A stretch of DNA of 64,000 nt from Eledone cirrhosa (Eukaryota). Numbering within the stretch: the stretch's first letter is position 1; every line of letters starts with the position of its first letter. Shown here piece by piece: positions 1 through 12,994 of the stretch. The notes below the pieces were generated by a model. That model was given only the letters and a program-made list of their open reading frames with translations. It was not told where the DNA came from and did no database searches. Made by a program: the position numbers and the translations under genes. Location: positions 262,446,001-262,510,000 of the forward strand of contig OZ024742.1 in assembly GCA_964016885.1 (NCBI GenBank), given 5' to 3'.

Positions 1-157
1 TCCACCTTCTCATGTCGCCTCTCAACTTTAAATACCCAATCAATCCGCACAACACAACATTAAAAAAAAAAAAAAATACCCAAGCAACTAAAGAAATATG
101 TGAAATGAACCAAAGATGAATATCACATGAATACGATATCAAAAAGCTACGCAAAAA

Positions 158-198
<41 letters not shown>

Positions 199-200
<2 letters not shown>

Positions 201-389
201 AACCAGTAAGACCCCGACAGCTGAGCTCAAGCCGTTTCGACGGCTAATTCTGGACCAGAATTAGCGGTCGAAACGGCTTGAGCTCAGCTGTCGGGGTCTT
301 ACTGGTTCCTATTACCCACTCTACTACCTCAAGTATTGAGTACTTTGGTGCGTTATGGTCCACCTGGTTCCTTACCACATTTCCTTCGT

Positions 390-390
<1 letters not shown>
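199..390 (+). mobile_element. Fold-back Penelope pLTR-like mini-element, family A (inverted repeat 199-309 plus unique tail), inserted in (TA)n
   Basis: ggaaccagtaagacccc...ggggtcttactggttcc near-perfect palindrome. It contains the 3' half of a hammerhead (GAAA-cggc..gctg-TC-ggggtc). (TA)n on both sides; related copies elsewhere in the window. Confidence 0.75.
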
Positions 391-486
<96 letters not shown>

Positions 487-568
487 ACCCTCTTCCTGTT
501 GCATCAAGCGTTAACCTTATATATCCCTTCCATATACTGTACCGATTGTGTTATTATTTCTGTTTACC

Positions 569-639
<71 letters not shown>

Positions 640-654
640 TATATGAATGTATGC

Positions 655-970
655 ATAGGATATTTGGTAATATACTGTATGTTTAATTAAAAACATTTAG
701 AAGACCATTCACTATGAGATTTAAAGTAGTGACTATGTCACTTATTTTCGGCAAAAACAAGGAGAGTGATCAACAGTCTGTTTCTCGCTTGTTAGCGTTT
801 ATCAAGACCACACACTCCCCTGCCATTGCCGAAAATAAGTAAGTGACACAGTCACTACTTTAAAACTAATAGCGAATGGTCTTCAAAATGTTTTTAATTA
901 AACATACGGTATATTGCCAAATATACTATACTTACATTCATATATACATCGCTATTTCAGAGCACCAATA

Positions 971-972
<2 letters not shown>
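655..972 (-). mobile_element. Family C rod-shaped element: diverged ~100-bp inverted arms with a central hammerhead
   Basis: Arms ~655-755 and ~826-930 are imperfect reverse complements. Homologous to 27075-27745. Confidence 0.7.
767..810 (-). ncRNA. Hammerhead ribozyme motif, U3-A8 core variant
   Basis: Minus strand reads tggtc-TTGATAA-aCGCTaacaAGCGa-GAAA-CAGaCTG-TT-gatca; all three stems pair. Confidence 0.6.
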
Positions 973-1039
<67 letters not shown>

Positions 1040-1124
1040 AAATATATATTTATTTGGTACCTTTACCGGTTTCGCAGTTCTTCTGCTTTTTAAAAGTAGA
1101 ATTGAGATGGAGGGTTTGTGGTTT

Positions 1125-1202
<78 letters not shown>

Positions 1203-1998
1203 CACAGTTCAAGAGTAACCAATCTTAAAGAGAGAGATGGAGATAGGAGAGGAGATAGGAGAGGAGAAGAGAGATTGGTGAATTAGTTAGAAGCCAAAGC
1301 GTAAAGGCATGTGCTCAATGTGCAATATGCAGTGGAAGGCGGCTAGGTGGCTGGGTTCATGCAGAGGTTAAGTGCACAGAGCTGGAAATATTCATTAGTT
1401 AAGCAAAACAAGACCACAAATTTCACAAGGAAGACATTATTAAAAGATTGTCAACATATATGTTAGTTTGATGTAAAGAATGTAGAGAATAATAATAATA
1501 ATATTAATAATAATAATGTCCGTTTACAATTGTTTCGCTACTCCATATAATATTTCTGGATAAAATGATTATAGATCATTATTGATCTGGTTCAGTTGAA
1601 AATAATTAACTTAGGTAAAATTAGACCAGCTCATCGGAACTTCAAAAGGAATATAAATTAAAATAAGGAAAGAATGTTACATGAATGTAATGTTCCATAT
1701 ATTGGTATTTCACTATGGTGTCCTTTCCTTATTTTAATTTATATTCCTTTTGAAGTTTCGATGAGCTGCTCTAATTTTACCTCAGTTAATTATTTTTAAC
1801 TGAACCAGATCAATAATGATCTATAATCATTTGATCCAGAAATATTATATGGAGTAGCGAAACAATTGTAAACGGACATTATTATTATTAATATTATTAT
1901 TATTATTCTCTACATTCCTGACATCAAACTAAAATATGTTGACAATCTTTTAATAATGTCTTCCTTGTGAAATTTGTGGTCTTGTTTTGCTTAACTAA

Positions 1999-2005
<7 letters not shown>
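1203..2005 (-). mobile_element. Large fold-back element (arms ~1388-1673 and ~1723-2005) with a tail, in (TA)n
   Basis: ~285-bp near-perfect inverted repeat. Contains a GAAACAATTGTA hammerhead-3'-half-like motif. Same architecture as family A. Confidence 0.7.
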
Positions 2006-2060
<55 letters not shown>

Positions 2061-3686
2061 AGTGGAAGCTTAGTAAAATCGAAGCTTTGGCTGTGGCCAA
2101 GCAAAGTCGACCTACAATAAGGAATGAGTAGCAAAGTACTCAATAAGGGTAGGTCCTTAGAGTAATAACATACGTTTAAATAGCTTGACAAATTTAAAAT
2201 TCCGGTAGACAAAACCCAACCATACAATACCAAAACAACGAAAGAACTAATCAGGTTAAAACAGACCTGGACAGATCGGACGTGTTCTGCAATACGTCCG
2301 ATATGTTTCTATGAATCTGAAATCAACCATCCAACTTACGTAACACGTTAGCTTGTGGTATTCCATGATCGAACAGGGGATTCATTTCATCAACAGGCAT
2401 TCCGTTCAGCCACCCTACAGCGTCTGCAGGCCATAGATCCACGACCGCCCTCGTCAGGCATTTCCGGTTGGGTACGTATTGGTTCTCAATTTAAGACAAC
2501 TTAAAAAGCTTCCCTCAGAAACCGCACCCGGGCGGAACAACCAATCGTTACCGATTCGGTCGTCCCGAATCGACTCGCACGTGCACCCTGGACGGGCTGA
2601 GATAATAAAGATATCTCTTCTCAACTAGTTTTGGAGTTACGAAAAGAAACCCATCGGTACATACTCGCCTCAAATACGGCAAGCTACGTATTTCTGCATT
2701 CATCACATGCCACAAATAGCCACAGTTTTTACTTCAATCTAGTCTCAACTTTCTGGTTCATTGCGGAATGCTATTTCAACTTAACATACGCCAAGTTGCT
2801 CACATCTCTGTATATTTGCAGCCCAACGACAATCGCAATCGCACAGGTTTCAAGCTCTGTGTATACTGAATTAACATTTTTGCACATAAACACATGCACA
2901 CACATAGTGTCAACATTTTCGAGATTTCTTCACTGCACACTGAGCACGGGATCACTGTGGAATTCCCGAGATAAATATTTCCTATTCTTTCTTACTGAAC
3001 TGGTTTCGTCGTTACGAAAAAGCTTCTTGGCAAAATCATCTCGATCTAGGGGCGGCACACCCACCACTGCTTTATACGGTAAAACTAGTTTCAAGCACTA
3101 TTCCAAACTGACTGTGGAATATCGGCTGTTCGAATACACTGAGTGACTCACGGCGCCAACTATCTCGATTCCGCATGTTTCCGGGAATACTCCTGAAATT
3201 AAATTCTGCTATCTATTCGATTCTCGATCGATACTCCCGTTTCGATTATGCCTGGGAACTATTGTAGCAGTAATTTGATACTCTCCTCAATAGTTTCATT
3301 CACACTATCAAGCGGCTACCAAAAAAGCTGAAATTTGGTGGCCTCATAGATAAGTTTGCATTATGAATCGGTTTAGCCGCTAATGTGTCTGAGATTTTGA
3401 CATAACAAACAGCCATCTGCTTGTTCAGGAGACAGAATGAGCGATAGTGATACATATCCGGTTCCAAGAATCAAACAAGGGTTGCAGAGTTGATTCCAAG
3501 CAGTTAAGATATAGTCCACTCTCTCACACTAACCCCTTTGGGTCTCCTCTTCTCTCTTTCTTAGTCTCTCTCGCTGGCAAGACAACGACCATCATCGCAT
3601 TAAAGAAGTACGGTAAATAACATATTTTGAATTATTGCTCACACGCATGCACCACAACAACTTAAGCCTTGTTTTCTGCCTCGTAG

Positions 3687-4093
3687 CAGGTTATTAAATT
3701 AATTGTTTCTACTTTAGGCACAAGGCCAGCAATTACCCAGCACATTACTGGTACTTTATTTTATCGACCCCGTAAGGATGAAAGGCAAAGTTAACCTCGG
3801 TGGGATTTGAACTCAGATCATAAAGGGACGTAACTCTATGCTAGAAAGCATGGCGTCCAACCCTCTACCGATACTGCCAATCAACCACCCTGCAGGTTAT
3901 TAAATTAATTGTTTCTACTTTTGGCACAAGGCCAGCAATTACCCAGTGTATTACTGGTACTTTATTTTATCGACCCCATAAGGATGAAAGGCAAAGTTAA
4001 CCTCGGCGGGATTTGAACTCAGACCATAAAGAGCCGTAACTCTTTGCTGCAAAGCATGGCGTCCGACCCTCTACCGATATTGCCGATCCACCA
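3687..4093 (-). mobile_element. Two head-to-tail tRNA-derived SINE copies (Meta-domain-like core)
   Basis: Minus strand has B-box GAGTTCAAATCC followed by gccgaggttaactttgcctttcatcc..ggggtcgataaaataaagtacc. The ~205-bp unit is duplicated. Confidence 0.75.
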
Positions 4094-7000
4094 ATGGCAC
4101 TTGATAATATGAAAACCAAAATTGAACTCCTTAAATTGAGAGCCCAAGCAAATGAAGATAGGATTAAATCAATCGAAGATGAGATTAATCAAGCAATTAT
4201 CAATAAAACCAAAGACACCACCCTAGAAAATATTTCAAAACTATCGCTAGAGGACTGTAATAAGGAAGAATTAAAATCCCTTCAACGCTGGGAAATAAAC
4301 GAAACCTGATTCTCTAACTATGAAACACTTTTCCAAAAAGAACACACATCAAAGAACCCCTTCATTAAAACCAAAATAACAAGAACACCCAATCACCACC
4401 CAAACACCACACAACAACCAGCAACAACAAAAAAACAATACCTCCCCACATACCAAACAAGAAGGCATCACCTCGCCCCTACCTCCTACATCCTCCACAC
4501 AACTACCACACGGATTCCCCTGCAACAAATATAGTAATAGAGAAACATCAGCTACAAGATAGACACTACAACTTCTCTCCCACCAGGAGAAACCATAAAA
4601 ACCCCCACACAACAAACCCACAGCCATCATTACTTTCAACGTAGAACCCAAACTACATAACTACCACACATGTCACATAGGGCCTCACAACTACACACTA
4701 ACTATAAGGAAGCCCAAATCTACCCTCCTCCACTAACCACATCCTACAACACCAGCAGGGGACAATACAACCACACGAGACACCCTAACCACTACGACCA
4801 CCATAGCTACACACCATATAACAACAGCAGAACTCAATATAACCACACAAGACAACCCTACTACAACTACCACCAAGTCTACGCACCCAACAACAGCAGG
4901 GCTCAATACAACCATATGATACAACCTAACTTCAACAACCACCACAACTACACACCCTATAACAACGTCCATCAAATCTACACAGCCTACAACAACAGCA
5001 GGGCTCAATACAACCAAACGATACAACCTAACTTCAACAACCACCACAGCTACACAGCCTCTAACAACAACAGCAGGGGCCAATACAATCATAAGAGACA
5101 TCCAAACTTCAACAGCCACCACAACTTCCGTAGTCATTTTTTAGACATAGCACACAGACACAGGGTAACGAGATAACACAAACACACAGGAGACACCAAA
5201 TGTAATAAAAATCGTTAATTTAACTCCTAAAAAATTAACAACAGACCAAATCAACATACTCTCCAAAGGTCTGAAATTTACACAACCAAACTACCCCGAA
5301 ATGAAGGAAGATATTGCAGAATTCTGTAGAAAACTAAGACCCAGCGAACAACTACACGACAAATACAATGAGGATGACTCAATAGCCAGAAATAGAAGCA
5401 ACTACACCCCACCAAAAGGTAAGAACAAATTCCTCGATCAATTCTGCGAACACATTACTAATTACCCATACCACCACCTACACAGACATAAACAAAAACC
5501 AAACTTAATCAAAAAAGAATGGAATGGTCTTAACAGTCTAAAGAACGACAAAACACTAACAATCAAAGAGGCGGATAAAGGGAGTGCAGTAGTCCTTATG
5601 AGGACAGATTACTACACAACCCTAGTACTCTCAACTCTAGAAAACCAAACATATTACGAAAAGGTCCAACACTACACACAACAGAAAATAATGAGAAACC
5701 TAAAATCCCTAACACCCCTTTATAAAGAAGGCCTTACCGACAAGGAATACAAACACATCACCAATTTCAAAAGCAGGACCAGCCTTTTCTACGGTATCCC
5801 AAAGATACTCAAAAGCGAAGTAATAGGCAGGACCTGCAAGGAAGCCACAGACATTTACATCAATATCCCCCCTCCTGATGACCTTAAATTAAGACCCATA
5901 ATAGCACGTACCACATGTGAAACCCACCGCCTAAGCAACTTCCTAGATATTCTTCTTAAACCTCTCCTAAAACACACAAAAAGCTTCATAAGGGACGATC
6001 TTGACATGCTCAACCACCTCCCAACAACACTTAATAATGAACATACCCTACTACAACCTAGGTATAGAGGCAATACAATTCTGGCTTGAAAATTTCCCTA
6101 TTGAACTTCCACAACGCATCCCTAAAGAATTTGTGCTGGAGGGCCTCAAATTCATCTTGGAAAATAACATCTTCGAATTCGACGCCAAATACTACAGACA
6201 GAAATCTGGGACTGCCATGGGCACGAAAGAGCCTCCTCATACGCCAACCTTGTGATGGGATATTTGGAAACTACTCTCAACCGAAACCTCTAGACAAATA
6301 CAGAAACCACTTCTACCTACACATAGAAAAAAACTGGAAGAGATATCTGGACGACTGCTTCATCCTCTGGCATGAAAGTATAGAAAGACTGATTGAGTTT
6401 AAAACACTTCTAAATGGACTCAACACAAACATTCAATTTACAATGGAATACAGCCACGAACAACTCCCTTTCCTTGACATCCTCATCAAGAAAACAAACA
6501 ACAAAATAGAAACAGACATATACTACAAACCCACAAACTCCAAACATATCTTCCATTTAACTCGTGCCACCCTCGCCATATCAAAATGGCAATTCCTTAT
6601 GACCTAGCCAGAAGGATCTGCACAATAGTTTCAGATAAATACACATGCTACAAACGACTAGAAGAATTAAAGAACACACTTATCAGCAGAAACTACCCAC
6701 CATCCCTAATCAACAATGGATTCCAACGTGTCCTAAAACTCAACATCCAGGATCTCAGACACTCCAAACCCAGGAATGAACCGAAACAGAAAACTCTACC
6801 ATACATCTCCACACACAACCCCCTCAACAATGAGGCATTTAACACCATCCTCCAGAACATTCCTTTACTAAAAAGAGACCCAAGAATGAATAAAATCCTC
6901 CAAACACACATCACAAAGAGCAAAAGACAACCTAAATCCATAAAAAACATCCCCCACACAAGCCAAAATCCAACCAACCCTCACAATGAACCCTACAGTA

Positions 7001-7245
7001 AAAAAATGCAGAAGGCCCAATTGTGGTATATGCATAAATCTAATAGAAGGTTCAACATTCCACTTTAAACATGGACAACATTTCACAGTTAAATACAACT
7101 TTACATGTGCATCTGAAAACCTAATCTATGTTTTGACCTGCTCAGGTTGTTAGAGCACTACAGCCTCCAACAACGTATGACCGTCCATAGATCACAAATC
7201 AAAATACAGGAATACAGAAAGATTGCTTTTAGTGAACATATCGCC
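4094..7245 (+). mobile_element. Penelope-like retroelement (Neptune-like), RT + GIY-YIG, frameshifted
   Basis: Motifs KEADKG, FYGIPKI, LRPII, GTAMGT, RYLDDCF, LPFLD, YYKPT. Cys-rich linker (CRRPNCGIC) and NLIYVLTCSGC at the start of the GIY-YIG. Several frameshifts. Confidence 0.9.
4740..5130 (+). repeat. Degenerate tandem repeat inside the Penelope N-terminal region (YNNSRAQYNH..PN.NNHH units)
   Basis: Recurrent aacaacagcagggctcaatacaacc, about 5 units. Confidence 0.75.
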
Positions 7246-7695
7246 AATTTTATAGACATGTCAGTAGAATGAACACTTCATTCTTGCTCTTGTGTTGGCA
7301 TGCGAACAGAACAGCAGACACTAATGTTTTTTTTAAATTTGAATTTGACAAAGCCGGCCATTTATTGCTTGTATACAGGAAACTAACTGGCCAGTCTGCT
7401 GATATGCAAATCTGACTGATCAGTTGGTCTGCTAATATGCAAATCTGGCCGATCAGTCACTGTGTATTTTTGAAAATAGCATTTCACTAGCTCTGACAGT
7501 TTGGCAGGTGAACAGTGAGCTGTACTGATGAAGGGTGATACCCAGAAACATTAGTGTCTGCAGTTATGTTCGCATGCCAACACAAGAGCAAGAATGAAGT
7601 GTTTATTCGACTGACATGCCTATAAAATTGAGGCTTGTTTGCATAAAAATTGCAAACGAATCCAATGTTATTATTAATATTCGAAAAACTCAGAT

Positions 7696-7700
<5 letters not shown>
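7246..7700 (+). mobile_element. Family D retrozyme-like element with an inverted 5' arm (7246-7329 vs 7546-7630)
   Basis: Homologous to 27993-28505. Contains an HHR and ATGCAAAT repeats; ends in (TA)n. Confidence 0.7.
7520..7563 (+). ncRNA. Minimal type I hammerhead ribozyme
   Basis: ctgta-CTGATGA-aGGGTgatACCCa-GAAA-CAttagTG-TC-tgcag. Confidence 0.75.
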
Positions 7701-7723
<23 letters not shown>

Positions 7724-7731
<8 letters not shown>

Positions 7732-8114
7732 TAAAAGGAATTCCAACTTTGTCTGATTTACTCGTTTTATTTACAATCCTTTAAAATTTATAATGGTATT
7801 AGAATGAAATAGTATGGTAGAATATTAAATGTCAAGTGTTAATTGAACAAGTATTTTCATGCTTTCGCAATCTTCAGGTTCATAATGTGTGGTGACAGTC
7901 AAGTTTGCAATTTTCAACAGTTGAAAATTGCAAACTTGACTGTCACCACACATTATGAACCTGAAGATTGCGAAAGCATGAAAATACTTGTTCAATTAAC
8001 ACTTAACATTTAATATTCTACCATACTATTTCATTCTAATACCATTATAAATTTTAAAGGTTTGTAAATAAAACGAGTAAATCAGACAAAGTTGGAATTC
8101 CTTTATTTAATATA
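7724..8114. mobile_element. Near-perfect ~390-bp palindrome (family E) carrying an HHR on each strand
   Basis: Centre caac-a-gttg at ~7919. The ~195-bp arms have few mismatches; the left end merges into (TA)n. Confidence 0.8.
7956..7994 (+). ncRNA. Minimal hammerhead ribozyme (mirror copy on minus strand at 7844-7882)
   Basis: tgaac-CTGAAGA-tTGCgaaaGCAt-GAAA-atac-TT-gttca; stem II is capped by a GNRA tetraloop. Confidence 0.65.
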
Positions 8115-8219
8115 ATCTTCTATACACAATCATACACACCCGTGTATATTTCTCTCTCTCTCTCTCTCTCTCTCCCTTTCCCTCTCCCCCTCTCTCTCTC
8201 TCTCCCCCCCTCTCTCTCC

Positions 8220-8261
<42 letters not shown>

Positions 8262-8277
8262 TGTATATATATACACA

Positions 8278-8355
<78 letters not shown>

Positions 8356-8359
8356 TATA

Positions 8360-9323
<964 letters not shown>

Positions 9324-9405
9324 ATGTATGCATGTGTGTGTGTATAAGTGAGTCAAGTGGCGAACGGAACTAACAGAGAGAGACAGAGAGAGAAAGAGAG
9401 GCAGA

Positions 9406-9444
<39 letters not shown>

Positions 9445-9885
9445 AGAGAGAGAGGAGTGAGGTGTGGGTGGGGGACGGATGTATATTAGTGGTGTTTGTA
9501 AGTATATAGCTATGTGTTGATTATAACGTTGACACATCCAAAAGAGAGATGGAGGTTGTGAGAGAAAGAAGTGGCAGCAGAGAAACTGGGAATACTTGAG
9601 AGAAGGGAGGATGATAGAAAGATAGACAGGGAAAGAGAGAGAGTGAGAGTTATGTAAGTTAAAGACAGATTGTCAGGTTGACACTGCTCACCTGACACAC
9701 ACATATACAAACATACATACATACACACACATGTATTCATACACACATACATACATACATCACCGTGAACTCGTGCGCCGATTTTTCGATACTCGATTAT
9801 TCTGCTATATACATACATACATAAATACATGTATGCATACACACACATTATTTATATATACTTTTTACATTACACACACACACAC

Positions 9886-9954
<69 letters not shown>

Positions 9955-9957
<3 letters not shown>

Positions 9958-10158
9958 ATAATAATAAATTTAAAGACTAAAATCCAAAGAGGGCTCGATA
10001 AGGATAAATATATATCAAATATATAAGAACTGTAGAGCAAATATTTATTAAAATAACAGATTAAAGTTTAAGCAAAGAATCGCTGCTTTCACCCTTAACG
10101 GGATCCTCTGAAGCTCTGAGTTTCAGAAGATCCCGTTAAACTTTAATCTGTCATTTTA

Positions 10159-10165
<7 letters not shown>
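9955..10165 (-). mobile_element. Short fold-back element with an internally deleted inverted arm
   Basis: atatttattaaaataacagattaaagttta and ttaacgggatc are both inverted at ~10122-10165 and joined at TTAA; (TA)n flanks. Confidence 0.6.
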
Positions 10166-10196
<31 letters not shown>

Positions 10197-10262
10197 GTGG
10201 AACACTGCAAGGTAATATCCGTAGTGGTAGAGAACTCAGTCCATGGGACGAGTTAGGTAGAT

Positions 10263-10574
10263 GTGGTTACACAACAGTTAGTTCACCATACCGAGAACAA
10301 TTGTTTCACATAGCGGATTCTGCGCGCGTGTGTGCGTGTATGTGTGTGTGCGCGTGCATGTGTGTGTGCGCGTGCATGTGTGCGTGCGCGCGTGTGTGTG
10401 TATGTGTGTGTGTGTATGTGTGTGTGTATTATTTTCTGAAGAAAAACTGTCTTTTCTGTTCCAAAGATAAAATTTACACCCTGTTTTCACATATTGAGTG
10501 CCCATTCCGAGCTGAGGATCCGCTAAGGTGAAACAATTGTTCTCGGTATGGTGAACTAACTGTTGTGTAACCAC
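10263..10574 (+). mobile_element. Fold-back element, family G (arms ~10263-10318 and ~10519-10574), with a (GT)n-rich loop
   Basis: gtggttacacaacagttagttcaccataccgagaacaattgtttcac and its reverse complement. Confidence 0.7.
10507..10546 (+). ncRNA. Minimal type I hammerhead ribozyme
   Basis: ccgag-CTGAGGA-tCCgctaaGGt-GAAA-caattg-TT-ctcgg; perfect stem I and palindromic stem III. Confidence 0.75.
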
Positions 10575-11076
10575 TTATATATATATATATATATTTGGGT
10601 GTTTAACTACCATAGTACTTAACACATTCAAACATTAACGCACGCACACATGCACGCACACACACACATACACGCACACACACATACACACGGGCATAAT
10701 TATACATATATTCTATTTAAATCGCTGTTAGACGTATTTTGATGGCATCTATTATGTAATACTCAAACACGATCTCATAATACGGTTTTTTACTTGCATA
10801 ACTCGATAAACAAGCTTGAGGACTTGGGTGTTGTTTTTTTCACCGCTCAGGTAGCATTAATTCATTACTATGGCGACTCTCCGTCGTACATGCACATTAG
10901 GGTGTTTCATATTTATAGGGAAAAATCTTTTTTGTTGAAATTACCTCATGTCGATTGCACCCTGAATCCAATTTACATGAAAATTACACAGGCGAGAATA
11001 TGAGAAGATACAAATATGTAATTAGAAGTTGCAAAATTTGGTGCATATAAATGCTATGCGATTCTTACCATCCATG

Positions 11077-11166
<90 letters not shown>

Positions 11167-11375
11167 GGAAAAAGAGTCAGGACCCTGACGGCTGAGCTCC
11201 AGCCGTTTCAACAGCTAGATCCGAACTAGGATCCGAAGTTCAGATCTAGCTGTCGAAACGGCTAGAGCTCAGCCGTCAGGGTCCTGACTCTTTTCCTATT
11301 ACCCACTCTATTACCCTAAGTATCGAGTACTCTAGTGCGTTATGGTCCACCCGGTTTCTTACCACACTTTCTTTG

Positions 11376-11377
<2 letters not shown>
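11167..11377 (+). mobile_element. Family A fold-back element (divergent subfamily)
   Basis: Inverted repeat 11167-11296 plus the same tail as 310-390; (TA)n flanks. Confidence 0.75.
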
Positions 11378-11443
<66 letters not shown>

Positions 11444-11479
11444 ATATATATATATACATATATATATACATATATATAT

Positions 11480-11510
<31 letters not shown>

Positions 11511-11907
11511 CCCATAGATGCAATGCCAAGGAAAAATCGGATAACACGCCAAAGAACGTACTTAAGAATGGTAAAATTCCGAGATTTCTTAATTCTATAT
11601 ACCGCTGTGAGTGAAAAACAGAATGGCAAATCCATAAAATGAAAAATTACTCAATCATCTTGACAAGCCGACTACCTCACAGTTTAGGTGCACTTTAGCT
11701 GCACAATGGTCTGCGAAACTGCAGTCGGGCCTACGAGGAATAATTGGGTAATTTTTGTCTATTTTTTTTCTTCACACTTAAATTTTACATAGCTCTGATT
11801 AATTGATTATTCATTTAATCCATTCATTCATCGAGCAAAACTGGTACAGGATAGACACCACTCGTGTTTATATGTTTATACGTATGTATCTCTCTATATA
11901 TGTACCT

Positions 11908-11986
<79 letters not shown>

Positions 11987-12018
11987 GCGTGTGTGCGTGT
12001 GTGTGTGTGCGTGTGCGT

Positions 12019-12113
<95 letters not shown>

Positions 12114-12454
12114 CGTGTGCGTGTGCGTGTGCGTGTGTGTGTGTGTGTGTAAAAGGTAAACAGAAATAACAACACAATCGGTACAGTATATGGAAGGAAT
12201 ATATTAGGTTAACGCTTAAAATAATAAACAACCTCAATATGATATGTTTTGATTCATTATTTGTATCTAACGGCTCCAAATCTCTTAACTTCTGCTCGTT
12301 AGCTATAATTCCCGCTTCTATTTTTAGCCAGACACTTTATTTCACGTTGCTCCTTCTACCTGGGTTTGCGACCGATAGATAGTATTAGCAATTGGAAAGA
12401 CCAATGGAAACATTGTTTCCTCTGTCCGATTTGACGAAAGTCAATCGACTGTCG

Positions 12455-12572
<118 letters not shown>

Positions 12573-12613
12573 GTGTGCGTGCGTGCGTGCGTGTGTGTGT
12601 GCGTGTGTGTGTG

Positions 12614-12812
12614 TTTAATATAGAAAAGGCTTCTACAGGACTAGAACTGTTTCATTCGGGAGAAATCACCAGGAAGCCGACCTGATGATTTTTCCCGAAT
12701 GAAACATTTCTAGTCCCGTAGAAGCCTTTTCTATATTAAATATATATACTCTGCTTTGTATTGAGTACCTTACTTACTGTGGTTACCCCCAATTGAATCC
12801 GGGATAAACTTA
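12614..12812 (+). mobile_element. Fold-back element, family I (inverted repeat 12614-12740), with HHR; partial copy at 31107-31225
   Basis: Minus 12628-12678 reads ggcttc-CTGGTGA-tTTCtcccGAAt-GAAA-CAG..CTG-TA-gaagcc. The plus arm has intact CTGATGA at 12682. Confidence 0.7.
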
Positions 12813-12834
12813 TATATTTATATATATATACTAG

Positions 12835-12948
12835 TGTTGGAATAGAGCGTAGACAAGTGTTGAATTTTCAATTTCATGATTTCTTTAGATGTTCATATAT
12901 ATAGAGAGAGATGTGTGATTATATATAGCTGTATATATGCGTGTTGAA

Positions 12949-12994
<46 letters not shown>

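Noticed and set aside
2631-3146. 171-aa ORF
   Set aside because: Non-ATG start, no recognisable domain, no splice context.
10075-10115. Minus-strand CAGAGGA-tccc..gggt-GAAA as a hammerhead
   Set aside because: U4 is altered and there is no convincing NUH or stem I; at best decayed.
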